Source: a virus
Length of the DNA: 64,000 bases
IMG/VR virus record: IMGVR_UViG_3300042887_004758
Span: 1 to 64,000 of that record
Reading direction: 5' to 3' (one strand)
The notes below the pieces were generated by a model. It had not been told where the DNA came from, ran no database searches, and saw only the letters and a program-made list of their open reading frames with translations. Positions 1 to 7,591 of this stretch are shown piece after piece (the stretch's first letter is position 1; each line of letters starts with the position of its first letter). Both the position numbers and the translations under genes were made by a program.

Positions 1-69
1 TCAATCATGGTTTTCATTCATTTGGTTATTAAAATATAATTCGATTTTGGAAAATGTCAAACTTGAATA

Positions 70-657
70 TTATAGAATATCACCATTTATCATATAGACA
101 GAGGATCCCTTATGATCATTATCCAATGTGTATTGAGGTGCACAAATTTCCCCCTTAAAGAAGATTTTGGAGATAAAATCAATCTCGAAATTTGGTGCAA
201 CCACTGATCCGCTTACAAATGAAAAATCTGATGGAACCGGAACTGTGTCGGATTCGATATTCAATTCAAAAAGACCTCCCTTGTATTCGTCAACAAACAA
301 CATAACATTTTCGAATTCTTCATCTATCATAATATCGAAAGTTTCTGACAAATCTTCTTCATCATAAAATTCCTCATGATTGTTGATTTCGGTTCCGATA
401 AATTCACAAACCACATTATTATCGGAATCTTCAACTTTAAACCAAAGATTTTCAAGATTGAAATGTGGTCGTGAAATATCCATAAGTTCCATACCTGCAA
501 GACTGAGCATGGTTTCAATTTCTTCATAAACGGACACAATATCATTTGTGTCGTTTTTCATCAAAATATCTTTGATTGTTTCAATATCAGATTTATCTAA
601 CCCGAATGTACGAAAGTGGTTCTCCCAACCACTAACAAGAACTCTATAACTTTGCAT
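70..657 (-). CDS. hypothetical acidic protein (195 aa)
   Basis: ORF with typical phage composition; no recognised motif. Confidence 0.7.
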   Translation of the reverse strand: MQSYRVLVSGWENHFRTFGLDKSDIETIKDILMKNDTNDIVSVYEEIETMLSLAGMELMDISRPHFNLENLWFKVEDSDNNVVCEFIGTEINNHEEFYDEEDLSETFDIMIDEEFENVMLFVDEYKGGLFELNIESDTVPVPSDFSFVSGSVVAPNFEIDFISKIFFKGEICAPQYTLDNDHKGSSVYMINGDIL

Positions 658-716
658 TTTTTTTATAAAAATATATGTAAAAAAAATTCAATAGACAAAT
701 TATTTTGAAAAAAAAG

Positions 717-790
717 TGACCCCTATGGGATTCGAACCCATGACTCTCACATTAAAAGTGTGATACTCTAGCCAGCTGAGTTAAGAGGTC
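717..790 (-). tRNA. tRNA-Lys(TTT)
   Basis: Cloverleaf GACCTCT/AGGGGTC, anticodon arm TCACA-CT TTT AA-TGTGA, T-loop TTCGAAT; no encoded CCA. Confidence 0.95.
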
Positions 791-797
791 ATTAATA

Positions 798-1082
798 TCA
801 ATCCCGACAATGATATTTGATCAATACTCGGACATCTTCCAAATTCCGATATTTGTTTGCGATCTCATCTGCCTTAGCGGATGCTTCTTCAGGTGAAGAA
901 TTCATGATAGAAGAGAAACCTACATTATATGAATATTCATATTTCGGAAAAACAGAGTTACTTTGAACCTTACGACTTTTGAGACCATCGGAATAACTTA
1001 CTTTCTTACCCAACGCATTGTAGATAGATCGTTTGCGAGGAGAACAAATCTCAACAGAGTAGAAATCAAAAAGGTTTTCCAT
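798..1082 (-). CDS. hypothetical protein (94 aa)
   Basis: ORF preceded by TATATTTG host-type promoter element (~1103-1110). Confidence 0.7.
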   Translation of the reverse strand: MENLFDFYSVEICSPRKRSIYNALGKKVSYSDGLKSRKVQSNSVFPKYEYSYNVGFSSIMNSSPEEASAKADEIANKYRNLEDVRVLIKYHCRD

Positions 1083-1172
1083 ATCGGTTTTCTTCAGTGA
1101 AACAAATATACAACCAATTCACCGAATTACCAAATATTTTAAAGAAAAGGAAGAGTTCTTTTGTTTATTTAT

Positions 1173-1538
1173 TTATTCACCCATTATGATTGACCCATAA
1201 CGATTAGTCAATCGGTTTTCTAGTTTATCTAATCTACTGTCCAAATCACGATTAAAGTTCATCTCAACTTCATCGATTCGTCTGTGAAGGTGATCTTTTG
1301 ATAAGTCAAGCTCACGAGACAAATCATCAACAACTTCTGAAACACGTCTATCCATCATTTCACGATCACGAGCATAGTTGGAATGATCGTATGACATTTG
1401 TTCTCTTATGTCATCTATTTCTTGTTGTTTTTCTTGCAACAATTTGATTTTTTTGTTCACGGAAACTAAAAACACTATCAAACCAATAAAACCTGATAGT
1501 ATCATACCCCCCACGAAATTTAATAATTCTATTGTCAT
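1173..1538 (-). CDS. membrane-anchored coiled-coil protein
   Basis: N-terminal hydrophobic helix followed by heptad-rich charged region. Confidence 0.7.
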   Translation of the reverse strand: MTIELLNFVGGMILSGFIGLIVFLVSVNKKIKLLQEKQQEIDDIREQMSYDHSNYARDREMMDRRVSEVVDDLSRELDLSKDHLHRRIDEVEMNFNRDLDSRLDKLENRLTNRYGSIIMGE

Positions 1539-1575
1539 TTTTTAAATTTTTTTAATGTCAAAGAACTCTTCCTTG

Positions 1576-1648
1576 TCGAGAAAGCGAGACTCGAACTCAC
1601 AACTTCTGCGTCCCAAACGCAGCGCTCTACCAATTGAACTATTTCTCG
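1576..1648 (-). tRNA. tRNA-Pro(TGG)
   Basis: Acceptor CGAGAAA/TTTCTCG, anticodon arm CTGCG-TT TGG GA-CGCAG. Confidence 0.95.
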
Positions 1649-1658
1649 ATATAACTTG

Positions 1659-1738
1659 TGGGGGTAGATGGACTCGAACCACCGAACCGTTAGGAGCTGA
1701 TTTACAGTCAGCCGCAATTGCCACTATGCGATACCCCC
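1659..1738 (-). tRNA. tRNA-Tyr(GTA)
   Basis: Acceptor GGGGGTA/TACCCCC, anticodon GTA, long variable arm. Confidence 0.95.
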
Positions 1739-1743
1739 AAAAT

Positions 1744-1846
1744 GACCGTTTTTTCCCCCATTAGCCCACCCAAGAGAGGGACCTTGTGATGGATTTTAGT
1801 TCAGGAAGTCTGACAGGGTTTCCCCCATCAGACCGTTACCACGGAC
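1744..1846 (-). ncRNA. unclassified structured RNA in tRNA transcript
   Basis: GC-rich island with 11-bp hairpin GTCTGATGGGG-GAAA-CCCTGTCAGAC (1808-1833) and partly complementary ends. Confidence 0.45.
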
Positions 1847-1850
1847 AAAC

Positions 1851-2561
1851 CTACCCACTTACAACACCAATCATAAAATAATTTTCCTCGTAGATCAAGT
1901 AATTACCAACGGGCAAAGCATCAATTAAAAATAATTTATTTTCCAACATCAATTTCATCGGCATTTCTTTAACTTCTGTATGACCCACGACTTGAATATA
2001 TTGATCATTCAAAAAAGTATTTTTATTTCCCGACATCAAACTTCTTGGACGAATCCAAATCGGTGTTTGCATGATATCATCACCTGTTGGATCAAATATT
2101 CCGTTGAATTCAAAATTTCGTGGTTTGTATTTCCAAATTTCATTTACAAAGTTAGAGATAGGTTCTCCTTCCTTGTATCTATTTTGATTTACCAACCAAT
2201 CATAACCAATACCCGCATGTGAACACAAGATATTATCCATCTCATAACACATTTGAAGGTGGTGTAGGTTTTCTTTAATAAGAAGTTGAATTGCCGGTCC
2301 TGCACTCCGTTGAAATCCACTATACACTTCGTAAGTGTTGATATAATGGAAGTCATGATTACCAATCAACATAATAACCTCACATTCACCTTTTTCTTTG
2401 AACTCAATAATTTCCTTGAAATTATATTGTTGCTCTGCTGATCCAATGTCGAAACTGTCAAAATAATCCCCGATGAAAACAACCCGATCAGGTTTTTCAC
2501 TTTCTACGATTTTTTTCCATATGTCTCGACCATGAATATCTCCGATAAAGATTGTTTTCAT
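1851..2561 (-). CDS. calcineurin-like metallophosphoesterase
   Basis: Motifs GDIHG, GDYFD, GNHD, HAG, GHT. Confidence 0.9.
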   Translation of the reverse strand: MKTIFIGDIHGRDIWKKIVESEKPDRVVFIGDYFDSFDIGSAEQQYNFKEIIEFKEKGECEVIMLIGNHDFHYINTYEVYSGFQRSAGPAIQLLIKENLHHLQMCYEMDNILCSHAGIGYDWLVNQNRYKEGEPISNFVNEIWKYKPRNFEFNGIFDPTGDDIMQTPIWIRPRSLMSGNKNTFLNDQYIQVVGHTEVKEMPMKLMLENKLFLIDALPVGNYLIYEENYFMIGVVSG

Positions 2562-2577
2562 TAGTTTATTATTTTAG

Positions 2578-2675
2578 TAGTCAGGACAGGACTCGAACCT
2601 GTACGTATAGGATTAGCGCGTAGCCTATACACATCTTATTTGAGGAGTGCGTCTAACCAATTCCGCCACCTGACT
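2578..2675 (-). ncRNA. tRNA-like RNA (Leu-type D arm, degenerate anticodon arm, long extra arm)
   Basis: Acceptor AGTCAGG/CCTGACT, T arm ACAGG-TTCGAGT-CCTGT, D arm GGCGGAATTGGTTAGACGC; no canonical 5-bp anticodon stem. Confidence 0.75.
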
Positions 2676-2681
2676 GTGTTT

Positions 2682-2885
2682 TTAGTCTTTAAACTCTCGA
2701 TAAACAAACATGAAAAAACAAATGTAACTAAGGGTCAACCCACCCACTAGAGAGTATCTGATTAGCTCGTGAAGTAGGGTACCGTCGAGTGGCACATCCC
2801 AAAGGATACAAGTTAAAAAAACAATAAATGACAGGATGAAGAGTGTGAGTGATGCAAATCCTGTGATGTTGATTAGTTTTTTCAT
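2682..2885 (-). CDS. small two-TM membrane protein
   Basis: 67 aa, two hydrophobic segments. Confidence 0.65.
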   Translation of the reverse strand: MKKLINITGFASLTLFILSFIVFLTCILWDVPLDGTLLHELIRYSLVGGLTLSYICFFMFVYREFKD

Positions 2886-2913
2886 AGTGATTCAGATAAT
2901 TTTTATTTTTTTG

Positions 2914-2987
2914 CTCTCCCTCTTGGGCTTGAACCAAGGACCTATTGATTAACAGTCAACCGCTCTAACCGACTGAGCTAAGGGAGA
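2914..2987 (-). tRNA. tRNA-Asn(GTT)
   Basis: Acceptor TCTCCCT/AGGGAGA, anticodon GTT. Confidence 0.95.
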
Positions 2988-2991
2988 AAAA

Positions 2992-3084
2992 GGGTCGAGT
3001 TCAACACGCCAGGAAGGGCCCAACAAGCCTCTTTCACTGAAGAGGAAGGGCCCAACTAGCCTGTAGGTGAAGAACTTTCGACCT
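2992..3084 (-). ncRNA. rod-shaped pseudo-symmetric structured RNA
   Basis: Two copies of AGGCTWGTTGGGCCCTTCCT within a long fold-back closed by GGTCG/CGACC. Confidence 0.65.
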
Positions 3085-3087
3085 GTA

Positions 3088-3160
3088 AGAAGGAGACGAG
3101 ATTCAAACCCGCGACCATCAGATTGGAAGTCTGACGATCTACCAACTGAGATATTCCTGC
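3088..3160 (-). pseudogene. degenerate tRNA-Gly(TCC)
   Basis: Anticodon arm intact (TCC) but two acceptor mismatches, broken D stem and TTTG T-loop. Confidence 0.7.
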
Positions 3161-3165
3161 AAACG

Positions 3166-3238
3166 AGCCTCTAGACGGACTCGAACCCCCGACCCGCTCA
3201 TTACAAATGAGCTGCTCTACCAACTGAGCTATAGAGGC
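3166..3238 (-). tRNA. tRNA-Thr(TGT)
   Basis: Acceptor GCCTCTA/TAGAGGC, anticodon arm GCTCA-TT TGT AA-TGAGC. Confidence 0.95.
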
Positions 3239-3244
3239 AAATAG

Positions 3245-3318
3245 TCCTCCCACTTGGATTTGAACCAAGGACCTACGGTTTATGAGACCGCCGCTCTAAC
3301 CGATTGAGCTATGAGAGG
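3245..3318 (-). tRNA. tRNA with CAT anticodon, probably Ile2 (lysidine-modified)
   Basis: Cloverleaf with CAT; paired C1-G72 (not initiator), C4-G69, A73; TilS gene nearby. Confidence 0.85.
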
Positions 3319-3340
3319 GTTTTTTTATTATTCCGATACT

Positions 3341-3361
3341 TCAAAGAACACCACAAAGATA
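3341..3361 (-). promoter_or_regulatory. Bacteroidota-type -7 promoter element plus boxA-like motif
   Basis: TATCTTTG followed by GTTCTTTGA, ahead of the tRNA run. Confidence 0.7.
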
Positions 3362-3385
3362 TGAATTTTGGATTAATTAACCAAA

Positions 3386-3799
3386 TTAAACTAAACCTTT
3401 TTTCAGTACTTCTGAAACTAATTCTATATTCATTTCGGGATTGTGTTCCTCTCTATGACAATTCGAACAAAGGAGTTCACATTTTAAAAATTCTTGATTT
3501 ATGTAATCAATATTACGATTAGAAAGTATCCTCATATCTAATTTGGATTCTTTTTGTGTTGGATCAATATGATGAAATTCTAATGCCGCTATATTTTTAT
3601 TATAACCACATCTTTTACAAGATCCTCCAGCTTGTTCAATCAAGGATAGTTTTCTACGATAAGCCCTAATTGTTTGAGAATGATACGTATTTGTTTGTTT
3701 TTTTAATCTATGGTAGTGATGTTTTTGTTTACAAGCGCCAGAACAATACATTTTTTTTTGACCAGATAATTCAATATCACATACTATACATTTTTTCAT
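3386..3799 (-). CDS. HNH endonuclease with Zn-finger N-terminus
   Basis: CxxC...CxxxC; CxxCG...FHHIDP...LLCSNCHREEH. Confidence 0.85.
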   Translation of the reverse strand: MKKCIVCDIELSGQKKMYCSGACKQKHHYHRLKKQTNTYHSQTIRAYRRKLSLIEQAGGSCKRCGYNKNIAALEFHHIDPTQKESKLDMRILSNRNIDYINQEFLKCELLCSNCHREEHNPEMNIELVSEVLKKGLV

Positions 3800-3807
3800 G
3801 TTTTTAT

Positions 3808-4425
3808 TTATAAATATACAGTATTATGTTTTTGTTCATAATCCTTGATCATTTTTTTCACGACAGTTTTAAGACCGGGGTTGACCTTTAGAAGTTCGGG
3901 AATAATATTATGTCTGATTCTATTTCTTGAATATTCCACCGAGTTATTTGATTCGTCTTGAATAAAAGGTACATTTTTCCTTTTACACCAACTTTCGAAC
4001 TCAGACTTTTCAGTCAAAAGAAAAGGACGAATAACATTTTCCTTACGATAAGGGATGACCGATTGAAACCCCCTCGTCATAGTGAAAATATATGTTTCTA
4101 GACAATCATCCAAATGGTGACACGTTACGATTGGAAAATCAAATGATCTAAAAAACTTATACCTCAAATCAGACCACACCTTTTCCTTGTTGGATTTTGG
4201 TTTTTGATCCGTCCTTCCAACAAACAAACTCAAACCGTTTTCCTCACAATATTTGGTGATAAACTTTTCAGCATCATCACCGTGTTCTGTATTGTGATTG
4301 AAATAAAGGACGTGTGGATTATAATTTGATCTTCTCAAAAAATCCAAGACGGCCATAGAGTCAACCCCTCCCGAACAAGCAAGACCAAATTCAGAGGTTG
4401 GAATATTTCCGAGTACTTTGATCAT
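3808..4425 (-). CDS. tilS: tRNA(Ile)-lysidine synthetase (short, catalytic domain only)
   Basis: PP-loop SGGVDS, HHLDD, RP.L, D.SN...RNRIRH; start reset to 4425 because the longer ORF overlaps tRNA-Ser. Confidence 0.9.
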   Translation of the reverse strand: MIKVLGNIPTSEFGLACSGGVDSMAVLDFLRRSNYNPHVLYFNHNTEHGDDAEKFITKYCEENGLSLFVGRTDQKPKSNKEKVWSDLRYKFFRSFDFPIVTCHHLDDCLETYIFTMTRGFQSVIPYRKENVIRPFLLTEKSEFESWCKRKNVPFIQDESNNSVEYSRNRIRHNIIPELLKVNPGLKTVVKKMIKDYEQKHNTVYL

Positions 4426-4440
4426 AACATTATTTTTTTG

Positions 4441-4528
4441 TGGAAGGTAAGGGATTCGAACCCTTGCATCAGTTTCCCGACCTAGCGGTTTAGCAAACCG
4501 CCCCCTTCGGCCTCTTGGGTAACCTTCC
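4441..4528 (-). tRNA. tRNA-Ser(GCT)
   Basis: Acceptor GGAAGGT/ACCTTCC, anticodon GCT, long variable arm. Confidence 0.95.
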
Positions 4529-4537
4529 AACTTATTG

Positions 4538-5098
4538 TCACAATATAAGAACCGGTTGATTCAAATATTCGATCAATAAGGTTTTAACTTCGGAATTACA
4601 AATTCCATTTTTGTGATCTGTTGACAAAACAAAATGTTCCAAACCCCACCCTTGTTCTCCAAGTCTCATATCATCGATTGCTACCCATGATGCGACGTAA
4701 GGATGATTGTCCAACCATTTTCTGATTTCCAAAACTCGGGTTTGGTTTAACCCAAGACCCATCTTAAATTCGAACTCAGGTGGAACTTCACTTCGATCGA
4801 TGAAAGGGGTAAAACCGATTGGTTTTTTGATGATCCCCTGACTTTCATAATATTCACCGATTTCTTCCAAAGTTGCCCATGTTCTCCAATCAGAAGAAAT
4901 TACAATCTCACAATCGGTGTCCCTGATGACCTGATTCAGACATTCAACACAACTATGATTGAAGTTGTCAAACCTATCCAAGATTGGGATTTCTTTGATG
5001 GTGGGGCGTGGATCATATTTTTTTTGTTTATCGAATCTTGAACCCCATTCAGATTCCAAACAGATCACACCATCGTGATCCATAAAAATTACTTTCAT
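4538..5098 (-). CDS. HAD-family phosphatase (Swiss-Army-Knife RNA-repair-type HAD)
   Basis: FMDHDGV, ISSDWR, AIDD motifs; start reset to 5098. Confidence 0.85.
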   Translation of the reverse strand: MKVIFMDHDGVICLESEWGSRFDKQKKYDPRPTIKEIPILDRFDNFNHSCVECLNQVIRDTDCEIVISSDWRTWATLEEIGEYYESQGIIKKPIGFTPFIDRSEVPPEFEFKMGLGLNQTRVLEIRKWLDNHPYVASWVAIDDMRLGEQGWGLEHFVLSTDHKNGICNSEVKTLLIEYLNQPVLIL

Positions 5099-5116
5099 TT
5101 GTTTTAATTGTTGCGG

Positions 5117-5202
5117 TAGCCGGAGCGGGGATCGAACCCGCACGGACCCTTCGGTCCATTTGATTTTAAGTCAAACATGTATACCAATTTCATCATCCGG
5201 CC
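5117..5202 (-). tRNA. tRNA-Leu(TAA)
   Basis: Acceptor GGCCGGA/TCCGGCT, anticodon TAA, long variable arm. Confidence 0.95.
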
Positions 5203-5311
5203 ATGATTATTCCGATATGTCAAAGAACACCCAAAACATACAACAAATCTTCTGAAGTTTCAACCCCTCCCTCTATTCTATATTTTTGGGGAGGGGAGAG
5301 GAGCCTACTAT

Positions 5312-5632
5312 TTAGTAGGCGTCCATCTCATCAATCACGTAAGCCACGTTTACGTTTACCTTGTCTTCGTGGTTTCGGATGTCCACAATGAACCCACCCA
5401 TCCCGAAGTTGGTCACTCCTTCCTGTTCGTAGGAAGTGAATGCTTGGTTCATCACGACGGTGGTATAGTCCTTGAGTGTTTGGACGTTGAAAGAGTCGGG
5501 TGACACTTCCAACCAAGAAGTATACATCGCCTCACGGTTCAGAGCCTTTACGACCTTCGCTACGGTTTCGTAGTCGAAGTTGTTGGTTACACGGCCAATC
5601 CGGTTTTGGGGGTTGGAGATGACGTTTTTCAT
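5312..5632 (-). CDS. hypothetical protein, likely highly expressed early gene
   Basis: GC3-richer codon usage; TACCTTTG promoter element upstream; hairpin downstream. Confidence 0.75.
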   Translation of the reverse strand: MKNVISNPQNRIGRVTNNFDYETVAKVVKALNREAMYTSWLEVSPDSFNVQTLKDYTTVVMNQAFTSYEQEGVTNFGMGGFIVDIRNHEDKVNVNVAYVIDEMDAY

Positions 5633-5736
5633 GGTGTGATTGTTTTAACACCACAAAGGTATGGCAGGAGATTGATCTTTCCAAATCTTGATGTGACTTT
5701 TTTCGATCTACGTAAATTAATCTTTAACTGAAGGTA

Positions 5737-6711
5737 TTAATATTCTTCAGGTTTTTCAAAATGTATCACTTCACTACCTCCAGGACCTACTTCATAGTTT
5801 TTATTAGGGAAAACATATACCTTACCACCTATTTTTGCATAAACAATATAATCAATACTTTTACTCTTATAGTCGTTCTTCATACCATAAGTTTTAACAA
5901 AATATTTACCGTCTTCTACGAGGAGTTTAGATAAAGGTTTTATTTGAAAACTCTGACCCCCAATAATCATGTCTATTGATTTGTGTCGGTCAATTATAGA
6001 ACCAGGAGGAAACAACTCAACATTACCTGGTATATGATTAGAAATTACTTCTGAGGCGTATACCTCAGTATTATAACCATTTTCTATTGACCTCCATTGG
6101 ATATCCAACAACTCTTTCATAAAATCTTTGTCGTTTTTAAATACATCCACTAACCATTCCTCTAAATCTCCGTTACCTTCATTATTCCATTTTTGTGATA
6201 TTTTTCTTTGTACTTCTTTTTTTGTATCAAAATAATTCATAATTGACCATGACTCACCCTTACCCGTTCTCTCACCTATTGTATTTATATCTCTAATACC
6301 TGCGCTATATATTTCATCTTGTTCTTTCCAATTATTTGGAAACGCCTTTTTTAACGCACTCCTAATTAAAGTTGATTTTACTTCTCCACTATCCTTACTA
6401 CCGAACAAAATTTTACGAATATCAGGTTTTATTTCTTCAAGTTTCCAATAGTCAACGTAACCCGATTCTCCATTTTTCGTAAAATTAAAATCTGTAGGAG
6501 TAATACCTGTCAACTTAATATTATTTCCAATCAAATTTATATATGTATTTTTACCATGTGAATATTGGCCTTCTTCGGTTTTTAAGTCGTTGAAGTATAC
6601 CCTCCACGGAGCGTATGTTGGTTTATAAGCCCTCATATAACTAAAACTAAAGGTTACAGGACCGTCACCTGAAGTTAATTCTTTTAGAATTTTGCGTATT
6701 TGCTCTCTCAC
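5737..6711 (-). CDS. putative PD-(D/E)xK nuclease-domain protein
   Basis: C-terminal E...ID-x8-QIK motif; N-terminal IRKILKE; TATTTAT upstream. Confidence 0.5.
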   Translation of the reverse strand: MREQIRKILKELTSGDGPVTFSFSYMRAYKPTYAPWRVYFNDLKTEEGQYSHGKNTYINLIGNNIKLTGITPTDFNFTKNGESGYVDYWKLEEIKPDIRKILFGSKDSGEVKSTLIRSALKKAFPNNWKEQDEIYSAGIRDINTIGERTGKGESWSIMNYFDTKKEVQRKISQKWNNEGNGDLEEWLVDVFKNDKDFMKELLDIQWRSIENGYNTEVYASEVISNHIPGNVELFPPGSIIDRHKSIDMIIGGQSFQIKPLSKLLVEDGKYFVKTYGMKNDYKSKSIDYIVYAKIGGKVYVFPNKNYEVGPGGSEVIHFEKPEEY

Positions 6712-6809
6712 GTAAATAAATATTCCTAAATTAAGAAATGTTTAATCAAACCTTTTATCCCACAAACTAAAGATTTGTGGGTTTTTCGGTGGAGTTAATA
6801 AAACAAATG

Positions 6810-6881
6810 CGGTCTATGAGGGTTCCGACCCCTCTACTCCTGCGTGACAGGCAGGTATGATAGCCACTTCACCAATAAACC
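6810..6881 (-). tRNA. tRNA-Asp(GTC)
   Basis: Anticodon arm CCTGC-CT GTC AC-GCAGG; atypical T-loop GTCGGAA. Confidence 0.9.
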
Positions 6882-6885
6882 TTTG

Positions 6886-6959
6886 TACTCGGTACGGGAT
6901 TCGAACCCGTGATTTCTTCCGTGAAAGGGAAGCGTCCTAAACCACTAGACCAACCGAGC
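6886..6959 (-). tRNA. tRNA-Glu(TTC)
   Basis: Acceptor GCTCGGT/ACCGAGT, anticodon TTC. Confidence 0.95.
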
Positions 6960-6977
6960 ATTAATTTAGTTATATAT

Positions 6978-7069
6978 AAGTGTGGGTGAGAATCGAACTC
7001 AGACTCTCCGAATTTCTCCGAAGTTGGGAAACCAACCCGCCTTTGTTTATTTGTGGTCATGCCCACACC
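6978..7069 (-). ncRNA. tRNA-like RNA (acceptor and T arm, no D or anticodon arm)
   Basis: GGTGTGGG/CCCACACT stem, TGAG-TTCGATT-CTCA T arm, two short internal hairpins. Confidence 0.65.
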
Positions 7070-7084
7070 TAATATATAACATTG

Positions 7085-7155
7085 TTTCCCCATCAGGACT
7101 CGAACCTAAAACCACGGAACCAAAATCCGTTGTATTACCATTATACTATGGGGAA
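7085..7155 (-). tRNA. tRNA-Gln(TTG)
   Basis: Acceptor TTCCCCA/TGGGGAA, anticodon TTG. Confidence 0.95.
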
Positions 7156-7156
7156 G

Positions 7157-7230
7157 TGGAGGTCGGAACTGGATTCGAACCAGTGTTGAATCTTTTGCAG
7201 AGATTCACCTAACCACTCGGACATCCGACC
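7157..7230 (-). tRNA. tRNA-Cys(GCA)
   Basis: Anticodon GCA, U73, encoded CCA. Confidence 0.95.
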
Positions 7231-7234
7231 TTAT

Positions 7235-7310
7235 TGGCACGTCAGGTAGGACTCGAACCTACAACTTTCGGTTTTGGAGACCGACGCTCTACCAATTGAA
7301 CTACTGACGC
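7235..7310 (-). tRNA. tRNA-Trp(CCA)
   Basis: Anticodon CCA, G73, encoded CCA. Confidence 0.95.
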
Positions 7311-7316
7311 ATTTTG

Positions 7317-7417
7317 AAGTCAGGACAGGATTCGAACCTGCAATGTGGCCTCGTAAAGAGGATCATACCTTTTCGACTTACCGAGCTTGAGCCCGCTTAC
7401 ATATCCACTACCTGACT
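7317..7417 (-). ncRNA. tRNA-like RNA, same acceptor/T-arm family as 2578-2675
   Basis: AGTCAGG/CCTGACT acceptor and GCAGG-TTCGAAT-CCTGT T arm; unrelated interior. Confidence 0.7.
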
Positions 7418-7424
7418 ATTTTTG

Positions 7425-7496
7425 AGCAATGGATGGGATTCGAACCCACAACATCCAGTTTGGAAGACTGGAACTCTACCATTGAGCTACCATTGC
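7425..7496 (-). tRNA. tRNA-Gly(TCC)
   Basis: Acceptor GCAATGG/CCATTGC, anticodon TCC, U73. Confidence 0.95.
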
Positions 7497-7513
7497 TTTT
7501 TTTTCCTCATATA

Positions 7514-7534
7514 TCAAAGAACGACACAAATATA
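7514..7534 (-). promoter_or_regulatory. Bacteroidota-type -7 promoter element plus boxA-like motif
   Basis: TATATTTG (7534-7527) then GTTCTTTGA (7522-7514) ahead of tRNA-Gly. Confidence 0.7.
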
Positions 7535-7538
7535 CAAC

Positions 7539-7567
7539 AAAAAACCCGAACTTTTGTTGTTCGGGTT
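7539..7567 (-). terminator. intrinsic terminator (attenuator 3:4 hairpin)
   Basis: AACCCGAAC-AACAAAA-GTTCGGGTT followed by T tract. Confidence 0.8.
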
Positions 7568-7591
7568 ACATTTTTTTTAAAAATATACTTT

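Noticed and set aside
1808-1833. CTGATG...GAAA resembling a hammerhead ribozyme core
   Set aside because: No stem II between CUGAUG and GAAA and the conserved A is missing; a simple GNRA hairpin explains it
7380-7400. TCA in a hairpin loop suggesting tRNA-Sec or an opal suppressor
   Set aside because: The loop is 4 nt, not a 7-nt anticodon loop, and no Sec-type acceptor is present
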